A program made the position numbers and the translations under genes. A model generated the notes under the pieces. That model searched no databases. It was not told the origin of the DNA and saw only the letters and a program-made list of their open reading frames with translations. A DNA stretch of 64,000 nt from Tubiluchus corallicola (Eukaryota; Animalia; Priapulida), in assembly GCA_030141605.1 (NCBI GenBank), contig JAQGDQ010000003.1, forward strand, positions 1,364,001-1,428,000, read 5' to 3'. How positions within the stretch are numbered: position 1 is the first letter of the stretch; each line of letters begins with the position of its first letter. This document shows positions 14,701 through 26,694 of the stretch, one piece after another.

Positions 14701-15025
14701 ACCTAAGCAGTATGCAGCGAGGTTGAGCATATTGCTTCGGTACACGGCGTGGCGGTAGACGCCGCCACAGTACACAGGGAAGACAAGCAAGCGCGAACGT
14801 CCCATGCAGTTTACTGTTAGTAATAGAATATTTATAGAGACTGACGCTTTACACAATAATTACAAGCCCATAAATAAACTAACATTTTTCTGAGTAGGCA
14901 ATTTGTACAACAGGGGCTGGGCCGTCGTCCTGCGAAACTGGTGTTACATCTTTCCATTCTGGTCTATCTCTATAAAATATCCAGCTATTTTCTGCACTTT
15001 TGTCGAAGTTATCGGCTTCAGACAT
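6396..15025 (-). CDS. FNTA: Protein farnesyltransferase/geranylgeranyltransferase type-1 subunit alpha (8 exons, 328 aa)
   Basis: Exons (minus): 15025-14884, 11377-11263, 10741-10637, 10328-10218, 9465-9304, 8885-8823, 7218-7044, 6509-6396; 987 nt in total, GT-AG throughout, open frame. Motifs: [40 protein letters not shown] and PPTA repeats [57 protein letters not shown], then DTIRVEYW. Confidence 0.97.
7594..8787. mobile_element. Possible PIF/Harbinger-like non-autonomous element in FNTA intron 6
   Basis: TAAGGTGCACA (7594-7604) and TGTGCATCTTA (8777-8787) are inverted at 10/11 positions; an AACCCGTAA motif recurs near both ends. The match is short, so support is weak. Confidence 0.35.
11622..11755. 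repeat. Microsatellite-containing inverted repeat followed by (TA)n
   Basis: TTGTATTTAATACATAT...GTGCGTTTGTGTC pairs with GACACAAACGCAC...ATATGTATTAAATACAA across a ~16-nt spacer; a (TA)n run follows. Confidence 0.85.
13290..13942. mobile_element. Tigger/pogo-like remnant (right end preserved)
   Basis: Ends ...TAAGCGAGGACTTACTG-TA, the reverse complement of a CAGTAAGTCCTCG pogo-type terminus. Tigger-like internal sequence; left end not found. Confidence 0.45.
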
Positions 15026-16149
15026 GACAAAAATTGCAAAATCACACAAAAGTACTACAAACCACACGCTAACCCAATGCCAACTGTATCATAAAGTGAA
15101 CTATGATTTTGATTCAATGACGATTTGGTAGTAAAATTTTATTCACGCTTGCTTTATTGTGCATCTAAGATAGAACCAATAAACTGACACCTTACAAATC
15201 ATTTCATTGAATGCAACAAAATTAATAACACATCTTTTAATGAGTGACAACTATCAGTTGTCAACTAATAAGTTAATTAAAATAAGAAAGTGGAATGTAG
15301 TAATAAGTGACCCAGTAAACTAAAAGTAACAATCGTAACAAAACATACAAACTAAGTCATGTGCAAAAATTGACATTAATTATTACTTGAATAGAGAAAT
15401 TATTACTGAGAAATTATTGTGTAAATTTCTGTGGAAATGTAAAGCTTATTTCTTGAGATTATAGCTTATTTACGGCCGTTACAGTAAGATATAAGACATA
15501 TTTATTTCACACATGTGATAGAATACAACTTAGACGCTAATGAAACTATTTTTTATAGAAGAAAATGTGTGAGGGCAGTGTACGACCATAGGAGTCCTAA
15601 AACCACTCCCCTTATATATTGTTCATTTACAAAATTTAGTTTTTGTTAGCTTGGCTCAACGTAAAACAGGTCATCATTAAAAAAATAATATTAGCATATT
15701 TTTATAGGCCTATTATAAAATTCAAATGCATGTTAATCTACATGAATAATTTTTGGAATAAGATGGATGATAATGGTAGGTAAGTTAAGTAAAATTATGT
15801 TTCGAAATCGGTAAACTCAATCACAAAGGTGTCACAAAAACAAAGGTATAAGAAAAAACTAATCTTCAATGTATTACTGCTCGCTATAAATGGTTCGGTT
15901 AAAAACAAGAAGATTCTGTTTAATTTCAGGTATCGATGAGAATGAAATGAAAGTAACAATTATTTGTATTATATCAACTAGTACTAAGAAAAACCACACT
16001 TGCAGAAAAAAATGGTGAAAAGACACATACATGAGTCTATGAAAAAAAGAATTTAAAGGGATTTAAAGTAATTACCAGGTAGAAAAGTTGCAGCATCTAG
16101 AAGGAGAGAAAGAACAAAGACATTGGAGGTAAACATTGTTCCCATGTAG

Positions 16150-16380
16150 TATCTAAATTTTTTCACTGCTGTGGTCAGAGATGGTATCGTAGATATACCT
16201 TGTGGAAGGGAGTTCCACAATTTAGTGCCTGTATGTTGTAGTGTTTTTAATATATGTGATGTATTGAATCTAGGTTGTTAATCATGACCCCCTGTAGCAG
16301 ATCTTGTGCTGTTAGTGTGGATGTCTTGAATCTTGGCATAATAGTTAGTGTATAGGTCAAGAAGAGAGTTGTTCCTGAAA
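16150..16380 (-). mobile_element. L2/CR1-group LINE ORF2 C-terminal fragment
   Basis: Minus strand reads NYYAKIQDIHTNSTRSA...PRFNTSHILKTLQHTGTKLWNS, the H..TR...P...T...G.K.WN motif typical of CR1/L2-group ORF2 tails; interrupted by a stop. Confidence 0.6.
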
Positions 16381-18497
16381 CACATCAGTAGAACGGCGAT
16401 GTGGTAATACCCCTCTGAATAAGCCACTCGATCCTTAGACGATGGTGGTAAATTCTAGAGCACTCACGACAGTAAGAAGCGAGGTGAAGAATTCCGTTTT
16501 AGACACTGGGCTGTCAGGATGTAGAGATGTTGCGATCTGGGCACCGACCTGTGAAGATCGAGGTTACACCCCAGCATGGAGCTGTTAAAACTTTGTTGTG
16601 TGTTGCTATTGTACATGCCTAGAGGTGTCAGATCTCAGTTAAGCAGCATTAGCTGAAACAGAGTGTTTATGCGTTATAAACTCTAGATAATTTAAGAGCA
16701 ACTCAAGATGATTTATATTTCGTATGCACCACTCTAAGATGAGATCATGATGTTAGAACACTAAGATATTATTTTTAACGGCTAGATGTTAGTAACCTTA
16801 TTCTTCTAATGTATGTCTTTATGTCACATGATATCACATGAAGACATACAGCAGAAGCATAAGGTTACTAAGAATGTACGTATCGTCTTCTTCTTCACAA
16901 AAACTTTTTCTGTTTAGCTACTCAATTTGTTCAGGACACAAAGATATTGTATTCTCCATACAGCTGACATCACGAGCCATAAACAGAAACAAACCACAAC
17001 AAACAAAGAACATTTAACACCCCCCCAACCATACCACACAAAAAATTACAGTTGAATGCATGTTGTGTGATATTCATAAAATTTTAGCTAGCCACTTACG
17101 TTCATTCCTTTGTTCCTGTATATTCTGTCAGTTGAGTCGATTGGTTTTAAGCACAAAGTATATATAGCTTGGTAATTAAGTGTGAATTAATAGTTTCGGT
17201 CAAAAAGTCGTGTAAGTTAATAATTCAATCCATAAAATTAATGCCGTGCTTACAACTCGTCAGTGGACAAAGATTTAGCAATAATGTAAGCTTCCAGTTA
17301 TTTGCACGTCAAAATTTAATTTAAATATTTCCGTTGTTACTCGATCATTACCGCTACTTGTTCTAATAGTTTCAACCAAAGAATAGCATATATAGCATAA
17401 ATATCATATCATAAATAGCATATCTCTCAGAATAGGTAATTGTAAGAGTATAATTATTATTCGTTTTTTTATTTAATGACTACTGGTCCTTTTAGTGAAT
17501 AGTACCCGCAAGCTGCAACCTGGTCCCGTAGCTGCAGAATCGCGGACGCCAGACTAGCGGCTGACGGTAAAATCAATTTTTTTATTACAGTGGTCTGTAC
17601 AGCTTGTTATTTTTGTGCAATGTAAGGGTGCGTCAGTTAACTGAATTTTCATATTGGGTACTGTATTTCTGTACAGCGACGTTAGTGTAGGTTTGCGTTT
17701 TAGTTGAATTTTAATACAAATTCCAGTGATATGCCTAATTTGAAGACAGTTTAACTAACACAATGTACGATTTAGTTCGCTTAAATTATATTTTATAATA
17801 AGAAAAGCTCATCAGTAGAATCGTTTAAGTGTTCGTGATATTCTAATATTTGTGACAGTTGTATTTAATTATATACGTTAAGAATTTACTATGACTATGA
17901 ATTTATTTTTACACATCAAAAAAACATTATCAGACACATCAATAAATTTAAAATAAAACAATTTGATTAGTGCGAGGCGAGTGTACGACCATTTTGGCCA
18001 TTAACACACTCACCTTACTTAAATGAAATAATTATAATTATGCATGCTTTCGTAGAAGTGTAATAACAACAATGGCGTGAGGGCAATAAAACTGAAAGTT
18101 GAGAAAGGAAAACATAATTATGTAATTACAATTTCGAGCGAGCCATCAGAGTGAAAAAAATTTAAATAGTTACGAATTTGAAATATCTGTCAGCACATCA
18201 ACAAGCAGTAATATAACTGCATATTATATGTAAATAATGTATACTATAGTACAATAATGATCCTTTTACAAAATGATTATTTTTATATCTTTGACAATAT
18301 TACATCTAAGTAAGTAAATAAGTAAGTATCTTTATTAATGACCTTTTTACAAGAAAAACACAGAGCATAAAACGATAATATGGTACAAAGTGACAAAATT
18401 ATTAAATGAATAAATTATCTGAGTTAATGATAGTCAAGTGATTGTTGAAAGGGTGGCGAAAAACTAAAAATTACCTAAAGGTTACAGCAACTCGATA

Positions 18498-19007
18498 ATT
18501 GCTAATTGGACAGCACGTTATTATTTCAAATGAAATGAATGATACGTTAAACTAAAGAAAACCAACAATGGTTCTATTTGACCTTCTCAAGGTAGGGTTA
18601 GGATTTTCTTCGACATGAATAGCATTTGGCGATTTCGCAGGTAACACATCTTTACATGTGTCAGGACCTTTCACTACAAAAGGTTTTGGGATTTACAGTT
18701 TGTTCTACAAAAGTGTTTACAGTAGCAGTAGAGGGCATATTAATATCAGGATGTAACTGTACATGGGACAGGAACATTACAACTGATTTTGGTTCAATTA
18801 CACTATACTTAACATGCGGCTCTTTGCCAACGTTCAGTTCACAGTCACGTCTATCATAATCATGCATCAAATGATCAGCATGTACAAATCGAACAATATT
18901 ACCAGGTAGTTTAACTAAGTACGTTAGAGGACCCTTGATTTCAGTTCTTATTATTGCTAATTGGACAGCACTTTATTATTTCAAATGAAATGAACGATAT
19001 GTTAAAC
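18498..19007 (+). repeat. 55-bp direct repeat pair (18498-18552 and 18953-19007)
   Basis: ATTGCTAATTGGACAGCAC(G/T)TTATTATTTCAAATGAAATGAA(T/C)GATA(C/T)GTTAAAC occurs twice with 3 mismatches, bracketing the integrase fragment. Confidence 0.95.
18553..18952 (-). mobile_element. Gypsy-type integrase C-terminal fragment
   Basis: Minus strand reads IRTEIKGPLTYLVKLPGNIVRFVHADHL... and later PTLRRSNRT, both characteristic of Ty3/Gypsy pol C-termini. Confidence 0.7.
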
Positions 19008-19978
19008 AAGGAATTATGGCGTGATTCTAAATTCCATATTCTTACATGTGTTCTCTGTTCCAGGCGTCACTAGTTAACTCGCATCATTAATCACAAAATT
19101 TCATGCAAGTACAACATTTATCAATCCTAAACATTATAATACTCATGGTGATTTATTACTACAGTGCTACTACTCCTCACAAAAATCTACCATGTATGGC
19201 TTGGGACGGTCCTGCGGAATGTTCAGCAAGATAGACGGCACGTACAGCAATTTTTGGTGTATATCATCATTAAATGGGTTAAGCAGTTATTAACTAAGTC
19301 AGCAGATACGTTCAAATCAATGAATAAGTAGCTAAGTCATTCAGTTAGTCATTGAAGAGGTTAACAATGAGTAGGTTAGTCAGTCATTTACGTTAGTTAC
19401 CAGTAAGTAATTGGGAGATTAATCACTTGCTGAATCTTAATTACCTGATTAGTTGACATGAATAAGTCCATAGACCCACTTGTCTGATGTGACTAAATTA
19501 CCTTAGTTGTAACTGAAATGATAAATGCTGTATACGATAAAATGCCATTAGTTGTTGCTGAATTCTTTTTTGTTTATAAATTTATTTTTGTCTCTGTAAA
19601 GACTGCTAGAATAGGAGAAAGTTTATATTGATTTCATGACAGAAATTAACGACATCATTGTTAACCTGGTCTCGTTCAATCAATTTCAATTTTATAATAA
19701 TTTATGTGGTTTAACGCTAGTTGTAGAATTGAAATATTTACATAAAATTTTATGAGCATGGGATAATTAGTATGTGTCGGCTTAAACGACTGTATTATTC
19801 TTACATGATTTTGGAATAAATACATTGTAAATGGATTTGGACAATTTTTTAAAATTTGTTTACAAATATGATTTAATTGATTTAGTTTTCAGGAGTTTTT
19901 CTTGCAAACAGCTCTGTTCCAGGCAGGCTGGCATTAAATTACTGAATTAGTGAACATTTTTTTATTTTTCTTCAGTGT

Positions 19979-20014
19979 ATGGTTTATCCTGTACCCATGG
20001 TCGGGCACACCTAA
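19979..20014 (+). promoter_or_regulatory. Upstream ORF (MVYPVPMVGHT*) in the ARL gene 5' UTR
   Basis: A polypyrimidine/CAG acceptor ends at 19975. ATG 19979 and a second ATG 19997 close at TAA 20012-20014, 24 nt before the main ATG at 20039. Confidence 0.5.
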
Positions 20015-20038
20015 CGCACTGTTCATACGTAAATCAAA

Positions 20039-22892
20039 ATGGGATGGCAGAGAGCTGTCCTTGTGGTTGGTGGTAGCGTTGCATTTAGTTTAGTAACATA
20101 CGGAGTTTACTACATCTATCAGAAACGTCTTAGTCGAAATCGCGATGAAGGGTTTGAAGACACAAATGTCTCGCTGTTGGTAAGTAATCATTTTGAGTTT
20201 TAGCCTACCGTGACACAAAAATGCGAAAAGAGAAAATAATTATTAAGTTTCACAGGCAATAAATTTTTGAAAAATTGTAAGGCCTATTGGTATATTAGTA
20301 CATAACAAATGATAATTCTGCACACTAGATCTGCTAACTGGATGTGTGTTTCATTTAACCACTGGTTAAGCTAACAATAATTTAGACGTTAGTATTTTGT
20401 TTCTGCAAGTGTCATTCGAAGAATGAAATGCATTTATGGAGCAGTGATATAATTTTTCAGTGTGCATCATCAACTTTTTACTCTTTTCAATTACTGTAAT
20501 AATTTATATACTGTTTTCAATCTCTTGCAGTTATCGGATGATTCACTAGAAAAAAGGATCCTCGTTTTAGGATTAAGTGGCTCTGGAAAGAGCACAATTA
20601 TGTCACGATTTTCAAGAGTGGAGCCAGTAGCTCGTGGAGAAACGAAACCAACTGAGGGTTTCAGTGTCAAATGTCTACAAGTCAATGGAATGTCCCTTAA
20701 TATTTGGGAAAGTAAGTTGCAGGATAATTAAACAGGATTTATATTTCTAGTTAGCAAAAAGAGCTAATTTCTATTGACGTTTTCATGCTGAAACTTATCA
20801 GGTTGTAATGCTGTGGCTTTGGTAGAGATTCCAAAATTTGTATGACTGTAGTATTACGTTACTCCACAAGTCTATAAAATGAAGTTAGTGAAGTAGTAGC
20901 CAAGTGTTGCATTTTTTTAAAATGTCAAAAATTTATGAAATATTATTTATATGTTTTGTTTTTTTAATTATATTAGCTAGCATCAAGTGAAAATAGTTAT
21001 TTGTGAAAATAGAATCAATGGAATCTAATGTCTGATTAGTTACTGAAAAATTGTGAGCCAGTCAAGATTTGAATCTTAGACATTCCGATTAGAACTCATA
21101 TGCTTTAAAGGATATCAAAGCCACATGGCAGCACAGGCCTCCGTGATTATTGCTCTGATATGGTGGTTTGTAGTAGAGCATATAAATTCTAATCTTGCAG
21201 GAAAAATATGTCTCTCTCTATCTAGAAGATGAGCTTATTTTATTATTTGAGAAAATGCTGGAAAATTTTCAGTAACAAAATTGTGATGAGTGCCTCATGA
21301 AATTAGTAAAGTCAATTTAAAGTCGGAATCCCTTCACGCTAAGGCATGCTCATTTTGAAGGAAAAATGGGGTCCTCTAGTTACCATGCAGTGTAAACACT
21401 TATTCCGCCAGGTGCTTGAGCATTATGTTTTTTAATTCAAAATGTTAAACGAGAGATTATTAATACTACTTTTTTGATTTTTGATAAATCCAATTACACA
21501 TAACGCAATGAAAATATGTTACTAACGATAATATAATAATGTCCAACTACGCTAGTTAACATTGACAAAGTAACAGAATAATTATTTTAACAAGCTAAAA
21601 CTGAAGTAAATAAGCTAAGTAAAAAGTCGCCTCTGCATGTACTGTACAGCTACAGCCTTGCCGAATTCCATGATTATCTGTAATTGTTTATTGTGCAGGG
21701 CCTAGTACTTAAGTATTTTTAGGTACACTCGTGTGGATTAGAGCTATGCAAGCTATGGATTAGAACTATGAAAGTGTTGCTAATTGACCCGGTTACTAAT
21801 TTTTACAAAAACACAATTAAACAAGAAAATCTGATCAGCCAGAATAGTAGAATTTGTGATTGAACTACAGAAGTTTTGTTATGTGTGCATTCTTGCAGTC
21901 CACCAGCTTACATCATTTTTTCAAATATGCCTGAGTGAGGTTCATTTGGCAGGAGATAAGAATGATTTAAATTTCTCTTGCATTTTTAAGCAAGTCATTT
22001 TATGTGAATATATCATGTAGTACTTCCAATATTTCTAAATGTATACTACATGTATAATACGATGAATGTTGTTCAAGATTTGATTTTTTTTCTTTAAAAT
22101 ACTTCTTCACTGAAGGATTTTTGAAAGGATTTTTAGTTATTTAATAAATAAATTTTAAACTTATAGTTGGTGGTGCAGATCATGTTAGGACATACTGGAC
22201 AAATTTTCTTCAAGACACAGATGTACTTGTCTTTGTTGTTGACAGTACAGACGAGATAAAGTTCCCAACTGCATTCGATGAGTTGCATAGATTGCTTGGC
22301 GATGAAAGACTTAAACGGGTACCAGTTTTAGTCATAGCAAACAAACAGGTAAAAACATCATCAATGTAATAAATGATAAGCAGACTCTGTTACTGTTTAT
22401 GCTTAAATGCAAAACGACAAACTATATCATACAGTAATGCGTATTAAAAAAGAACTGAGCATAGAACAAGCTGCTAGAGTGTTTTGTACTTCCTGATATA
22501 TGTGCTGAATTTACAACTTTGACTATAATTTTTTACTAATGTAATTTGAAACGCATGTGTATAGCTGCCACTAGTTTAGCTGCAATACAAATTCGGTAGT
22601 TAAAGTTTATGTCATGAATCTGAATTATTAAAGCAAACTTTTCAACAAGAAAATGTTTTGACATAAATACGTTCTTCTTACTTTAGTAATTTTTATTTTT
22701 GTTCTATTTCAGGACCTTCCGGGTGCTTATAGTCCAGAAAAAGTTGCCAACATTTTAGGGCTGAACAGCATATCACCACGAGAGCATAAAATTTGCGTAC
22801 TTGGTACTCAAATTACAGACGATTCCACTACACAACATTCAAGTATTCTAGAAGCAGAAAACATAATGATATCATTGTGTACATCTAAATGA
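20039..22892 (+). CDS. ADP-ribosylation factor-like GTPase, ARL9/ARL10 type, with N-terminal transmembrane segment (4 exons, 227 aa)
   Basis: Exons 20039-20179, 20531-20711, 22167-22348 and 22713-22892 (684 nt, GT-AG). N-terminus MGWQRAVLVVGGSVAFSLVTYGVYYIYQKR; G1 GLSGSGKS, G2 PTEGF, G3 WEIGG, FVVDS, G4 NKQD. EIGG in place of DVGG plus a membrane anchor points to the ARL9/10 subfamily. Confidence 0.9.
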
Positions 22893-25071
22893 TTGTGCAT
22901 TTGTTATTATCAGTAATTACTGGTATTGCACCATTGTGTCATGAATTTCACAGATACTCTAAATGAAGAAAATAATTACCACAGTATGGTAGCAGCTCTA
23001 AAATTATGGAGGACCAATCAGTTAAAGGTGTGTAATGTAATTTTGAAACTGGTTTTCATGCCAAAATTGTACTGCTGATACCAAATTAGTTAAATAGTGT
23101 GGAGAGTTTGTTAAACATTGATGTATGATTTAACATTTAATTAGTCTTTTCAAGTTTTCTTATCCTGAATTTCAAGTCATGAAGAAAGTAAATAGATCTC
23201 TTGCTTGGCTTTTCAAGTATACCAAATTCATAGACACAGTACTTTCTTAAATTATGTTACATCTGGCTGTAAATTACTGTCATATTACCGGATACTTTCT
23301 TATTTGTACATTTGTTGGTGACGTGCCATGTATCACAACAAGCTGGTTTGAACAAGCTTCATAAAAAATGTAATTTTGAAATCATTCTGATTTTGTTTGA
23401 CAGATGAAAAGATTTGTTTCGTTGATATGTGTAGCTTAAAAGCAACCTTTTTATGTTGTTTTTTCCAATATCCAGAATGATGTTTTTGTAAATTACTGCT
23501 CTGGTGTAGTTGTTTATTGTTCGAGTAGTCATCTAAGACTTGTATATTTATTATATTAGGTGATTAAACGGTGAAAAAGATAGCTTACTGTGTCTGTAAT
23601 CCATCACTCTAAAGCTGTTCAGTTATACAGGAATTCAGTTATAAATGAAGATGGTACCTAAGCAAAGGTGAAATCTGGGGCATATTCACCAAATATTCTA
23701 ATATGATAACAGAACTTTTCTCATCATCCATACTTTGCACATCTTTGTTTAATTCATATTCTAACATGTTGTATATAGGATTGTTTGAAAATCGATTTCT
23801 GTCATATTCCTATTGTAAAGCCTGTCTCAGTAATGCATTTTCTTAGTGGTCAGTCAAAAATTTGTAGCATGCAGTTTGAGCTGATAGGACAACTTGGTGC
23901 AGGCTAAAAAGTATTCACAGACAACTTGTCTGGTCATGTGAATGTGCTATAAAATAACTAATTCAAACACTAAACTGGCTTCACATTGATAGGAATGTCT
24001 TCTGCATTGATTGCTATTATTTATTCAGCAGTAACCTTGTGATGTAATTTGTAAATACGCTAAATGTCTATTATGTTTCTTTTGCTTGTGTAATATTGTA
24101 ACTTGTGTGCTGGCAACTATAGTTACATACGTAGTATTTGTATATGTTGGATTTAATTTAATATGATTTGTAAAGCAATGCCAGTCTTATCTTTTTGCTT
24201 TCTTGCAATTTTGATATGAAGTACTACAAATGTTGTTGCTTCTTCATATCCTCAGATCTGTACCTTTAATTGCCTGTAGGTTTGTCCGTTTTTCATCCTT
24301 GGCCTTAGAACTTGATCGAACTATATTAGGTGGCTTAAAAACATTACAAAGAGCATTACATTTTGTGACACGCTGTCACTATCTAAAGCCTCTTATCACT
24401 TGTTTTATATTGCTCCTTACTAAAATTAAAAAATCAGGCAGGGCTTTTTATGGACTTTACTGTAATAATCATAAATGGGTAAAATATTTTATTACTTGAT
24501 TTATTTTTTCAAGTCACTTAAGTTGTCTAGAAGTGTAAATGGATCTAAGTTTATTTGGCATACTTGTCAAGCATGGCTAGTAAAACTACTGTTCATTACA
24601 TGTACCTTGCTGTGCATCACCAAAATAAAAACATAATTATATAAATTCTTTAATATTTTGCTTAATGATATCCCATAATCCCATCATAACTTTCTCTAGC
24701 ACATTTTCTGTATGATGTAAATCTCTGCTGTTGAACCTTTGCTGCAAATATTTTAATAAATCAGATATTAATTAATAAGAAATGCTATACGGACACACAA
24801 CATGAATTATGAACTCAAGTCGTCGCTGCAGCACGATCTTTCCTCGTCATCCATACTTTATACATCATCAGACACTTATGTTCACTCTTAAATGCTCTAT
24901 ACACCAGAAAATGGTTGTAAGAACTATGAGATTTTATTATTTGAATTATTTTTAAGTCACTTATGTTGTTTAGAGGTGTAAGTTGGACTAAGTTGTTGAC
25001 TCGGTATACTTATGTTACCTAATAGAAAAAATGGAACTTAACTCTATAGTCCAAGAGCCTGTGACGAAATA

Positions 25072-25450
25072 ACCTGCTCATCAGGAACATAATTTTGGAG
25101 CACTGCATATCGTAGCTGTGATTGTGACATTTCCCAAATGTGTATTCGTTTGTCATGGGAGCGGGGCTTTTAGGGAGTAGGCCCCAAAATAGGTACCGCA
25201 AAAAGGCCTATAACCTCCTCATCACGAACATGATTTTTGACCACTGCTTATTGTAGGTATGAGACTGGCATTCCACAAATGGCTACCCATTTGTCATGGA
25301 AGCGGGGCTTTTAGAAGGTACCCAAAAAGACCCAATACCTCCTCATTACGAACATGATTTTCGATCACTGCATATTGTAGGTATGAGCCTGGCATTCCAC
25401 AAATGGCTACCCATTTATTGTAGAGCGGGGCTTTCAGGAGGTACGCCCTC
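25072..25450 (+). repeat. Three degenerate tandem units of ~115-140 bp
   Basis: Units start near 25072, 25213 and 25337, each with ACCT(C/G)CTCAT..GAACAT.ATTTT...CACTGC.TAT.GTAG...CAAATG...GCGGGGCTTT. Probably a transposon subterminal array. Confidence 0.85.
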
Positions 25451-25932
25451 AAATAAATATCACTAAAATAACTGTAGACCATAGCCCTGCGTATGCGAAT
25501 TATTTTGTTTGGAGCGTCCTTAGATTAGTCAGCAGACATTGTAATATCATCAAGCTATTCAAGCAAAAATTAGTAGTCACTATCAACAATCTGATAGATA
25601 TTTATTTTTACTGTAGCATTAAATACATATGACATTGCAAAATAAATAGTCACATTAGGAGAGCATTATCGTATTTTGACGTCCACATTGTTATACAGTT
25701 GGCACATTACAGTGCAACATTATAAAAAAAAAAAACAGTGTGTTACCATTAGTTGCAGAAAACATGTCAGAGACGTGTACATACAAGCTTCTACTGTGAA
25801 ATCTATAAACGCTAGAATAACAAAACTGCAAAAACTGTCCCTCAAATAGAGATTTGAATTTTTTCATTACGCCTATAAAACAAATACAGCATCAAAGCAA
25901 TAATCTTGTGGAATTAGAAAACTGTCTAAATT

Positions 25933-26694
25933 ACCTTATGACTGCAGTGCTTCAGCTATATGTTCTACTAGTAGATCTCATTTCAGTACCAAATTTTTCC
26001 ACCCTTGCAGAAAAACCAATCACTATCGGGACTTGTAAACAATCAACATTATTTAAGATGGTGGAACAGTAGACTGCATGTGTAAGCCTTTCTCTAATAT
26101 AGCGAATAGTCTTCCTATGTGATAGCTAAGGTTTTTTTTACTCTACATCCTGTAAATGTTTTGTGATTTTCATATGGCTTCCGGGCTGAAAAAAGTAATC
26201 TAATTCTAATCTAAGTAAGATACTTAATAAGATTCACGCTTTCTTATTAAAAACGACTTAACAGAAATAATAGCTCTCACCAGAGTTGGCTTTAACTGAC
26301 ATCCCTACACTATCAGCTCCAATATCACTGTAATATTAATTATCAGCATCATCATCATCGTCGTCGTCATCATCGTCATTTTTGTGTTTAGTAGCAGTAA
26401 TACCAGTAAAATTAAAACTTGCATTACGAGCATTTAGAGTCTTATCTGGTATTCAATCAAAAGTCGGTGGAACTTGGTTCCCTTTGAACCATTTTGGATT
26501 ATGGTGCTTGTCCTACAAAACCCAGCCACTAAGTTGTGGATCGGATATTGACTGTGATTCCCATGTGGCATTATTCCAAGTGCCACATACATAATTAGTG
26601 CGCTGGATTTTTTGTAACAGCACTGATCTGCATGTGGCATTGCATTCGCATCCATTCCTTTTACCTGACTTAATGGTTTCTTTTTTGGAAATAA
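25933..26694 (-). mobile_element. Academ(X)-like transposon 3' fragment (left arm of a large inverted repeat)
   Basis: Minus strand encodes KKPLSQVKGMDANAMP/CRSVLLQKIQRTNYVCGTWNNA...GW...PKWFKGNQVP plus an acidic tail, with frameshifts. It is the reverse complement of 27705-27740 + 29049-29870. Confidence 0.75.

Noticed and set aside
14746-14768. GC hairpin GTGGCGG-TAGACG-CCGCCAC as a Helitron 3' end or terminator
   Set aside because: No CTRR terminus follows on either strand; it lies in a CpG-rich patch just inside FNTA intron 1.
24500-25010. Two related segments (24510-24555 and 24951-24995) whose minus strand reads KLRSIYTSRQLK*LEK and later CIKVWM, superficially homeodomain-like
   Set aside because: There are in-frame stops, no WFxNRR and wrong spacing. 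Only a short local duplication is supported.
25072-25450. CRISPR-like repeat array
   Set aside because: The units are long and homologous along their whole length, with no unique spacers; the context is eukaryotic with no cas genes.
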